DNA of 50,865 nucleotides from Myxococcales bacterium (GTDB lineage Bacteria; Myxococcota_A; UBA9042; JABWCM01; BTVJ01): NCBI GenBank assembly GCA_045863395.1, contig BTVJ01000050.1, positions 1 to 50,865 of the forward strand, read 5' to 3'. Shown piece by piece: positions 43,830 to 50,865 of this stretch (position 1 is its first letter; each line of letters starts with the position of its first letter). The notes under the pieces were generated by a model. It saw only the letters and a program-made list of their open reading frames with translations, ran no database searches and was not told where the DNA came from. The position numbers and the translations under genes were made by a program.

Positions 43830-44207
43830 CTACCAGCGGTCGCCACCGCGGCCGCCGCCGCCGCCACCGAAGCCTCCGCCCCGGCCGCCGCCGCCGCCGC
43901 CGTAGCCGCCGCGACCACCACCGCCGCCGCCGCCGAAGCCGCCGCCGCCCTCACCGCGGCTCTTCTCCTCCGCGGTGTCGACCTTGATGGTGCGCCCGTC
44001 CAGCGTGGTCCCGTTCATCTCCGACATGGCCTTCTGGGAGTCCGTCGCGTTCGCGAACGTGACGAACCCGAAGCCACGGGAGCGGCCCGTGTCACGATCC
44101 TTGATCACCTTGGCGTCCGTCACATCCCCGTACTGATCGAACGCCTGGCGCAGTCCGTCGTCGTCCGTGTTCCAGCTCAGGCCACCCACGAAAAGCTTCT
44201 TCGACAT
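43830..44207 (-). CDS. Glycine-rich RRM RNA-binding protein
   Basis: RNP2 LFVGGL, RNP1 RGFGFVTF, GGRGG tail. Confidence 0.93.
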   Translation of the reverse strand: MSKKLFVGGLSWNTDDDGLRQAFDQYGDVTDAKVIKDRDTGRSRGFGFVTFANATDSQKAMSEMNGTTLDGRTIKVDTAEEKSRGEGGGGFGGGGGGGRGGYGGGGGGRGGGFGGGGGGRGGDRW

Positions 44208-44426
44208 CTTCTCTTCTCTCTCTCTCAGTCTTGCGCGGTGTCGCCTCTCGGCAGACCGCTCTGTGTTCCGGCGGTCTACCCAGACCACCGGGAAGCCAGG
44301 CAGGTGCCTGCTTCAACTTGCTCCAATTCAGGGACGCGGACAGAAACCCGAGGATCGCGGACACAGATAGCCGAAATCGTGGCGGGGAACTCTGGACACT
44401 CCGAGAAGCCGAGCGCTCGGTCGTGG

Positions 44427-44455
44427 ACCCTACCAGCGCCCCGCCGCGCTGTCAA
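44427..44455 (-). promoter_or_regulatory. sigma70 promoter of the RRM gene
   Basis: TTGACA-N17-TAGGGT on the minus strand. Confidence 0.7.
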
Positions 44456-44481
44456 CACCGAAGATCCGGAGCCCTGTCGAT

Positions 44482-44511
44482 TTGACCCCTCAGGGTCACG
44501 CGGTGTAGGTT
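44482..44511 (+). promoter_or_regulatory. Putative promoter with inverted repeat upstream of the sterol methyltransferase
   Basis: TTGACC-N18-TAGGTT. TGACCC-N4-GGGTCA at 44483-44498. Confidence 0.45.
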
Positions 44512-44549
44512 CCCGACTCCAAGTCGAAGACTTCTGCTGGAGGGTTGGG

Positions 44550-45572
44550 ATGAGCGCCCTGAGGATCGTGGATCTCTACAAGCGCGCGGCACACCGCAGC
44601 GCGGTGCGGGCCAAGGTGGCGAGCTACGCGGGACACTATGGAGGGGCCGCGGGCGTGGAGGACCGCAAGAACGGCTACGCGGGGATGACCAACGATTTCT
44701 ATGACCTGGTCACGGACTTCTACGAGATCGGCTGGGGGGAGTCCTTCCACTTCGCGCCCATGGCCCGGGGCGAGTCCTTCGAGGCGTCCATCGCGCGCCA
44801 CGAGCACTACCTGGCGCACCGGCTCCGCCTGGAGCCCGGGATGTCCGCGCTGGACGTGGGGTGCGGTGTGGGGGGGCCCATGCGGTCCATCGCCCGGTTC
44901 TCGGGGGCGCGGGTGGTCGGCATCAACAACAACGCCTACCAGATCGAGCTGGCGCGGGCCTACAACGAGGACGCGGGGCTCAGCCAACGCTGTGACTTCG
45001 TCCACGGCGACTTCATGAAGATGCCCGTCGCGCCTGAGACCTTCGACGCGGCCTACGCGGTCGAGGCCACGTGCCACGCGCCGGACAAGGCGGGGTGCTT
45101 CGCCGAGGTGTTCCGCGTGCTCCGGCCCGGGGCGCGGTTCGCGGGCTACGAGTGGTGCCTCACGCCGAGCTGGGACGCGACCAACCCGGAGCACGTCGCC
45201 ATCTGCCAAGGCATCGAGCAGGGCAACAGCCTCCCGGCGCTGGCCTCCACGGACGAGGTCGTAAGGGCCCTGGAGGCGGCCGGCTTCGAGGTACTCGACC
45301 ACCGGGACGTGGCGCTGGACTCCGATCCCGAGACGCCCTGGTACACGCCGCTGTCCGGGGATGGGCTGAGCCTGCGGACCATGGCGCAGAGCCCCGTCGG
45401 TCGGTGGCTCACGGAGCGGACGGTCACGGTGCTGGAGTCGGTGGGGCTCGCCCCCGAGGGGACGAAGCGGGTCAGCGCGCTGCTCAACGACGCCGCGATG
45501 CACCTGGTCAACGGGGGCAGGACCGGGTGCTTCACCCCCATGTACTTCTTCTGCGCACGCAAGCCGGGCTGA
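44550..45572 (+). CDS. Sterol 24-C-methyltransferase (ERG6/SMT1-like)
   Basis: YDLVTDFYEIGWGESFHF, LDVGCGVGGP, GINNNAYQ, VEATCHAP, RPG..F..YEW, and the sterol-MT C-terminus PWY.PL..LE..GLAP.GT..LV.GG..FTPMY..ARKP. Confidence 0.88.
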   Translation: MSALRIVDLYKRAAHRSAVRAKVASYAGHYGGAAGVEDRKNGYAGMTNDFYDLVTDFYEIGWGESFHFAPMARGESFEASIARHEHYLAHRLRLEPGMSALDVGCGVGGPMRSIARFSGARVVGINNNAYQIELARAYNEDAGLSQRCDFVHGDFMKMPVAPETFDAAYAVEATCHAPDKAGCFAEVFRVLRPGARFAGYEWCLTPSWDATNPEHVAICQGIEQGNSLPALASTDEVVRALEAAGFEVLDHRDVALDSDPETPWYTPLSGDGLSLRTMAQSPVGRWLTERTVTVLESVGLAPEGTKRVSALLNDAAMHLVNGGRTGCFTPMYFFCARKPG

Positions 45573-45579
45573 CGCCGGG

Positions 45580-47292
45580 TCAGCGCGGGAGCCAGCGGAG
45601 ACGCGGGTCGTCGGGCCGCAGTTGGCGGGCGCGGTCGGCGGCTGCCCTGGCGCCGTGGGGGTCGCCAGCCTCGGCGCGTGCCAGGGCGAGGTCCACCCAG
45701 GCGGCGAACAGGCGCGGGTGGAGCCGCGCGGCCTCCTCACAGGCGGCGACGGCGCGGTGGGGCTCCAGCGCGGCCAGGTGGGCGCGCGCGAGCAGCAGCA
45801 GGCCGGCAGGGGTCCGGGTCCGGTGGACGGCGTGTTCGGCGAGCAGCCGCGCCCGGGTCGGGTGGGCAGGGAGCAGGCCGTCTGCGTGAGCGCGCAGGGC
45901 AGGCTCCGGCGTCAGGGACAGGGCGGCGGCGAGGCGGAGCGCCTCGGGCGAGGCAGCCACGGTGAGGCGGTCTCCCAGGAGGTGGCCGGTCGCGAGCGCG
46001 GCCGGTGCGAGCAGCAGCAGGCGCCAGCGGGCCACGGGGGAGGTCAGGCCGCGGGTCGGAGGGGGGCCGTCGCGACCGGCGCGCTCCCCCAGGCACACGC
46101 CGGCGCACACGAAGGCCAGGGCGGCGGTCGCCGGCTCGTGGAGCGCCGGGGAGATCAGGGCGACGGTCAGCGCGGCGGCGAGGGCGGCGCGGGCCGGCGA
46201 GCGGGGGCCGACGAGCGCAGCGACCAAGGGGACCAGCAGGACGAGCCCGGGGAGCCCCAGCTCGACGAGGGCCTGGAGCGGCTCGTTGTGGGCGTGAACG
46301 AGGTTCGACCAGAGGGCGGGGTCGGCGTCTCCGGCCGCGATGGCAGTGGATTGGCGTTCCAGGAACGTGCCGTGGAGCTGGCCGGCGCCGACGCCGAAGG
46401 GGAGGGCGTCGGTGGCGACGGCCGCCACGATGCGCGTGAGCTGCCACCGCCCCGCGAGGTGGTCTCCCACCCCGGGGAGCACCAGAACCAGCGCCCCGGC
46501 GGGCAGGGCGAGGAGGCGCGCGGGGTGCCACGGGCTGCCTGGCTCTCTCAGCGTGACGTGGAGGGCGAGGCCGGTGGCCACGGCGGCGGCCGCGCCGAGG
46601 CTCCCCGTGCTGATCAGAGCCAGAGCCTGGACGGCGGTGGAGAGGACGACGAGCGCCCGCCACCGGGGCGGCAGCGCAGGCAGGGACGCGAGCCCGTACA
46701 CCAGCGTAGGGGCCAGGAAGCAGGCGAGCAGCGTCGGGTTGCCGAAGGTGCCGCCGGGCCGTGCGAGGGAGGGCAGCGCGACGAGCAGTGCCGCCGCTGC
46801 GACCCAGCGGGGCAGGAGCCTGCGGTCTCCGGTGCTTGCCGCCAGCCCGACGGCGAGGGCCGCCGCCCAGCCCAGGTGGAGCAGCGCGACCCGCAGGGCG
46901 GCGCCAGGTGCCGGGGCCCACAGGGCGGTGGCGGCGCTCCAGGCAGCGAGCAACGCGATGAGCGCGACGGGCCAGCGGGTGAGGCTGCCCGGGGCGCGCC
47001 ACGCGACCACCAGCGGGAGGACCCCACCGAGCAGCCACCACCGGGTCGTGCTCGCGTGGAGCTGCCCGGGGAGCCAGGCGGCAGCCACCGCGAGGAGCAC
47101 TGGCCCCGCCAGGGCGCCGAGGGTCGGGGGGGCGCCAGCGTGGGGTGACGAGCCGCTGGGTGTCCCCTGCGTGGAAGCGCCGATGCCAATGGGTGGTGCG
47201 TCGTCTGGAGCGCCACGGGTGACGGCGGCGGGCGGCGCGCTCGATCTCACCGGCGCGCAGACGGAGGCAGCCGCACGGAGCAACCACCGCAC
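45580..47292 (-). CDS. O-antigen ligase (Wzy_C)-family membrane protein with C-terminal TPR
   Basis: Many TM segments, GTFGNP, PFGVGAG, HAHNEPLQALVELGLPG, TPR-like tail. Start is uncertain (GTG 47292 or downstream). Confidence 0.75.
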   Translation of the reverse strand: MRWLLRAAASVCAPVRSSAPPAAVTRGAPDDAPPIGIGASTQGTPSGSSPHAGAPPTLGALAGPVLLAVAAAWLPGQLHASTTRWWLLGGVLPLVVAWRAPGSLTRWPVALIALLAAWSAATALWAPAPGAALRVALLHLGWAAALAVGLAASTGDRRLLPRWVAAAALLVALPSLARPGGTFGNPTLLACFLAPTLVYGLASLPALPPRWRALVVLSTAVQALALISTGSLGAAAAVATGLALHVTLREPGSPWHPARLLALPAGALVLVLPGVGDHLAGRWQLTRIVAAVATDALPFGVGAGQLHGTFLERQSTAIAAGDADPALWSNLVHAHNEPLQALVELGLPGLVLLVPLVAALVGPRSPARAALAAALTVALISPALHEPATAALAFVCAGVCLGERAGRDGPPPTRGLTSPVARWRLLLLAPAALATGHLLGDRLTVAASPEALRLAAALSLTPEPALRAHADGLLPAHPTRARLLAEHAVHRTRTPAGLLLLARAHLAALEPHRAVAACEEAARLHPRLFAAWVDLALARAEAGDPHGARAAADRARQLRPDDPRLRWLPR

Positions 47293-47402
47293 GGACCGGC
47301 GCTCCCGCGCGTCATGGCCTCGTCCGGATGCGGTCGATCTCGGCGCGGACCGACGCTCTCGCGCGTCACGGCTTCGCCAGGATGCGGTCGATCTCGGCGC
47401 GG
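47292..47402. repeat. Imperfect 54-bp tandem duplication
   Basis: Units start at 47292 and 47346 and share CGGACC..GCGCGTCA..GGATGCGGTCGATCTCGGCG. Confidence 0.85.
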
Positions 47403-49366
47403 AGCGGCGCAGGCCCCGCCTTGGCCCAGGCCTCCAGGGCGGGCTGCGCGAGGGCCCGCGGGGCGCGCTCGGCGATGTCGAGGACCTCGTCCCGCACGAA
47501 GGGGATGCGCTTGTCCAGCTCGCGGCCGAGCAGCGCGAAGGCCGCGGCGTCGCCCACCTGGGCCAGCGCCCGGGCGGCATAGAGGCGGACCGTGACGTCC
47601 TCGTGGGCGAGCAGGGCAGACAGCGCCTCGCGGGTGCCGGGCACGCGCTCAAGATCCAGCTCCGTCAGGACCGTGGCCACGACGCGCTTCATCTCGGTGG
47701 GTCCCTCCTCCAGGGCGCGCAGGAGCTGCTTGGCCGCCTCCCCGTCACCGAGGGACGCCAGCACGAACGCTGCGTAGACCTGGGAGCGGGCTGCCTCCTC
47801 CCGAGCGAGCCAGTGGCGCGCGAGGGGCTCGCTGGCCGTGTCCCGGAGGCGGCCCAGGGCGCGCAGGAGCTGGTCCTGCTCCCCGCCGGGCTGGGAGAGC
47901 CACTGCCTCAGGACGAACCGCGCCCGCTCGTCCGCGAAGCGCGCCAGCAGCACGAGCGCCTCCCGGCGCACGTTGCCCGCCGCAGCGCGCAGGAGCCACG
48001 CGGTGGCGCGCTCGTCCTCCAGGCGGTCGAAGCGGCCCAGGAACTGGAGCGCCAGCGCGGCGTCGTCCCACTCGTCCGGGCTCAGCGCGGCCAGCACGGG
48101 GCCCACGAGCTCCGGGTCGCGGCGCCCGGCGAGGAAGCGGGCGGCCTTCTCGCGCACCGACGGGTGCTCGGATGGCAGCAGCTCCGAGACGATCCGGTCA
48201 CGCCAGCGGGGGTAGTCGATGGACGCGAGCGCCAGCAGCACGTCGCGCCGCACGATCTCGTTCTCGGACGCCAGCGCCGCCTCCAGGGCCGGGGTCGCGG
48301 CTGGCGAGGCGATGCGCCCGAGCGCCACCGCGGCTTCGCTGCGCACCACGTCGTTGGGGTCCGACAGCGCCGCGATCAGCGCGTCCACGAGCCGCGCCTC
48401 GCGCAGGTCGCCCGCCACGAAGGCCGCGTTGAAGCGGATGTAGGCGCGGCGATCGGCGAGCATGCCCCGCAGGAAGGGCGTGACGTCCTCGCCGAGCCGC
48501 TGGAGGGCGAAGGTCACGTTGTTCATCAGCCGGGCGTCGCCGGTGCTGTCGAGCTGAGCCCGCAGGAACTTCAGCGCCGAGCGGTCGCCGATGAGCCCCA
48601 GCGCGTAGACGATGCGGTTCTGCAGGTTCGGGCGCGCGGGGAACAGGGCGATCAGCGGGTCGACGGCGTCGCTCAGGCGCAGGTCGCCGGCCCGCTCGAC
48701 GGCGAAGGCGACGACGTCGTGGGGCGGACCGCTGTCCTTGCCGGCGGCCTCCAGCGGGGGGACGACGATGTCCTCGAGGGCGCTCGTGCCGAGCTGCATG
48801 CGCATGTCCCAGAGCGCCTCCTGGGCCGCCGGGTCCCACGTCGTGCGGAAGCGGCGCATCAGGGGCTCGACCGCCGCCGGGTCGCCGATTCGCCCGAGGG
48901 TGCGGATCGCCTCCGACCGCACGTAGGCGGCGACGCCGGGCTTGGCGAGCAGGGTCAGCACGCGCGGTGTCGACGAGCGGCTCTCCACCATGCCCAGCGC
49001 CTGGAGCGCCAGGTAGCGCACGCCGTCGTCCGGGTCGTCCAGCGCGTCGATCAGCGCCGTGATGGCGCGCGGGTCCCGCGTGGCGGTCAGCACGGCGGCG
49101 CACGAGGACCGCACCTGCTCGCTCATGCTGTTGACGAGCCCGTTGATGATCGCCGGGGTCGCCCGCCTGCCGAGCCGCACCATGTCCGTCGTCGAGGGCA
49201 GGTCGGCCGGGTCCAGGTTCACGAGCAGGTCGTCCTGGGTCGGCAGCAGGTGGAGCACCCGCGCGACGGGGTCGTCGGGGACCTCCGCGTCGAGCGCCTC
49301 CGCCAGGCCGACCACCCCGAGCAGGGTGGCCGCCGCACCGAGAAGCCACAGATTGCGCAACGCCAT
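47366..49366 (-). CDS. Secreted HEAT-repeat protein
   Basis: RBS GGAGGA, signal peptide MALRNLWLLGAAATLLGVVGLAEA, many LxDxxxxVRxxAxxALGxI repeats. Confidence 0.88.
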   Translation of the reverse strand: MALRNLWLLGAAATLLGVVGLAEALDAEVPDDPVARVLHLLPTQDDLLVNLDPADLPSTTDMVRLGRRATPAIINGLVNSMSEQVRSSCAAVLTATRDPRAITALIDALDDPDDGVRYLALQALGMVESRSSTPRVLTLLAKPGVAAYVRSEAIRTLGRIGDPAAVEPLMRRFRTTWDPAAQEALWDMRMQLGTSALEDIVVPPLEAAGKDSGPPHDVVAFAVERAGDLRLSDAVDPLIALFPARPNLQNRIVYALGLIGDRSALKFLRAQLDSTGDARLMNNVTFALQRLGEDVTPFLRGMLADRRAYIRFNAAFVAGDLREARLVDALIAALSDPNDVVRSEAAVALGRIASPAATPALEAALASENEIVRRDVLLALASIDYPRWRDRIVSELLPSEHPSVREKAARFLAGRRDPELVGPVLAALSPDEWDDAALALQFLGRFDRLEDERATAWLLRAAAGNVRREALVLLARFADERARFVLRQWLSQPGGEQDQLLRALGRLRDTASEPLARHWLAREEAARSQVYAAFVLASLGDGEAAKQLLRALEEGPTEMKRVVATVLTELDLERVPGTREALSALLAHEDVTVRLYAARALAQVGDAAAFALLGRELDKRIPFVRDEVLDIAERAPRALAQPALEAWAKAGPAPLRAEIDRILAKP

Positions 49367-49478
49367 GGGGTCCTCCGTGGGCGCGATGCTCCCAGAGGTG
49401 GGGGCGCGCGTCAACTGTGGGGCCCGTCGGCTGGCCGACGCTTTGAGCGGAGGTCGTGATCGAAGGGGCGGCGCCGTG

Positions 49479-49719
49479 TCACAGAGCCGCGAGCCACCGC
49501 CAGCCCTCGGAGCGGTCCCGCCGGAGGAGCGCGACCAGAGGCGCGGCGGCGTGGCCGAGGGCGGACTCCAGCGCCTCCCGCACGGCCGCGGCCTCCCTGG
49601 GAGCCCCCGCGGCGCCCGCACGGAAGGCCCGGATGGCCGCCGCCTCGCCTCCGGGCGTGGTGGCGCAGAGAGCCCCCAGGGCGTACCAGTCGGCGGGGTC
49701 CCGCTCGGCGGCGTCGACG
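49479..49719 (-). pseudogene. 3' gene fragment (TPR-like) with no local start
   Basis: Reads as protein (DPADWYALGAL..AAIRAFRA..EGWRWLAAL*) on the minus strand only up to ~49720. Confidence 0.4.
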
Positions 49720-50865
49720 GTGGCCCTGACAGCCCGCGACGAGCCGTGGAGCCGGGACGCGGCGCGGGCGGTGCTGGCCGCGCGACCGGAGGCGGCGGCG
49801 CCGCTGGCCGACGCGCTGCTCGACGCGGGCTTCGGGGAGGCGCTGCTCCGGGAGGCGGCGTCCAGGCGCCCGGACCTGCTCCTGGACGCGGGCCCCCGGG
49901 CCCAGGCCTTGCCATGGGCGGCGGCGCTGCTCGGGGAGGGCCGCGCGCGACGAGGAGGTGAGGAGGACGCCCGCCGGGCCGTGCTCGCGGCGGTCGGTCG
50001 CCTGAAGGCATCGCCGGACGACATGGAGGCGGCCAAGGTGCTCGCGGTCCACGGGGCGACCGACGAGGCGCGGGCGGCCGGCCTGCTCCTCGCCCGGGAG
50101 CGCCCGGCGGCGGTCTGTCGCCACATCGCGCTGTGGGGCGAGGCCCCCTGGAGCGAGGAGGCCATGCGCGCCGTCGCGGCCACCCACCCAGCGCAGGCGC
50201 TGGCGGCGGTCCCGGCCGTCGTGGACGCCCCCTGGGCCAGCACCTGGCTCCTCGACCTGGCGGACACGGTCCCCGAGGCCCTCCTCGACACGGTGCGTAG
50301 CTTCGACCACAAGTGCTGGGGCCCCCAGGTGGTCCGCCGCTGCGCCCTGAAGGCCCCCGATGCGGCGCGGGGTGCCCGGGATCGCTTCGATCTCTCGGTG
50401 CACCCGTGGTGGGCGGACCTGGAGCGCGCGCTCCCGCCGGTGGTCAAGCCCGCGCCGTCCGCCGTCCCCGACGAGGAGGTCCGCCGCCGGGTCCTGGACG
50501 CCGCTGCGTCGCTGCGCGCGGGGGGCAAGCCGGAGGCCGCGGCGGTGCTGGTCGCCCACGAAGCTCACCCGCTTGCGCGCCACGCGGCCCTCACCTTGGC
50601 GCGGGAGGAGCCCGCGCGCGTGGCCAAGGCCCTTGATCGCCTGGCGCTGGCTTCGTGGGGCCGCGAGGTGGCCGCGGCGCTCATGGAGGCCAACCCGCGG
50701 GAGCTGGCATCCCGCATGGACGCAGTGCGCGATTGCCCCTGGGCCCGCGACCTGCTCGTGGAGCTGGCGCGCCGTGCTCCGGCGGAGGTCGTGGAGGGCG
50801 CTGGGGTCATCCCGCGACCTGCTCGTGGAGCTGGCGCGCCGTGCTCCGGCGGAGGTCGTGGAGGG
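49720..50865 (+). CDS. Partial helical-repeat hypothetical protein running off the window end
   Basis: Plus frame with typical codons (EPWSRDAARAVLAARPE..APWSEEAMRAVAATHP..CPWARDLLVELARRAP). It is missing from the ORF track, probably because it has no stop in the window. Confidence 0.55.
   Translation, partial: MALTARDEPWSRDAARAVLAARPEAAAPLADALLDAGFGEALLREAASRRPDLLLDAGPRAQALPWAAALLGEGRARRGGEEDARRAVLAAVGRLKASPDDMEAAKVLAVHGATDEARAAGLLLARERPAAVCRHIALWGEAPWSEEAMRAVAATHPAQALAAVPAVVDAPWASTWLLDLADTVPEALLDTVRSFDHKCWGPQVVRRCALKAPDAARGARDRFDLSVHPWWADLERALPPVVKPAPSAVPDEEVRRRVLDAAASLRAGGKPEAAAVLVAHEAHPLARHAALTLAREEPARVAKALDRLALASWGREVAAALMEANPRELASRMDAVRDCPWARDLLVELARRAPAEVVEGAGVIPRPARGAGAPCSGGGRGG
50744..50865. 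repeat. Exact 55-bp direct repeat at the sequence end
   Basis: 50744-50798 is identical to 50811-50865. Confidence 0.9.

Noticed and set aside
43845..43950. (GCC)n microsatellite as a contingency locus
   Set aside because: It is the glycine-codon tail of the RRM protein on the minus strand.
47240..47402. CRISPR array
   Set aside because: Only two imperfect adjacent units, no unique spacers, and no cas genes.
50744..50865. Exact 55-bp terminal direct repeat as an att site or biological repeat
   Set aside because: It ends exactly at the last base, and 55 is a common de Bruijn k-mer size, so an assembly artefact is most likely.

Overview
Very GC-rich bacterial DNA, most likely Myxococcota, judged from a MYXO-CTERM tail, giant Cys/Asp-rich lipoproteins and several HEAT proteins. 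It is probably a contig end. I found about 40 supportable CDSs and no rRNA, tRNA, CRISPR array, transposase or integrase. Main content: (i) cell-surface Cys-rich proteins with C-type lectin, TSP3, CBM96 or pacifastin-like modules; (ii) a peptidoglycan-binding protein with a His/Cys peptidase-like tail, coupled to a HEAT gene and a secreted-protein gene; (iii) a complete stressosome operon (PAS-RsbR, RsbS, RsbT, RsbX) whose output is an RsbU-N-type histidine kinase; (iv) a four-gene coupled unit (double AAA+ ATPase, DUF4157 plus second Zn-metallopeptidase, CpXC protein, small exported protein) resembling an injection-system cargo module without structural genes; (v) five toxin-antitoxin-like modules, one frameshifted; (vi) a HEAT-ClpA/C-type AAA+ protein fused to a full-length but GGQ-less RF2-like module, the most striking element; (vii) two radical SAM genes, an RRM protein with a long structured leader, and an ERG6/SMT-type sterol C-24 methyltransferase. 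All family calls come from reading motifs by eye, not from database searches. Start codons were chosen by RBS and overlap logic and may be off.
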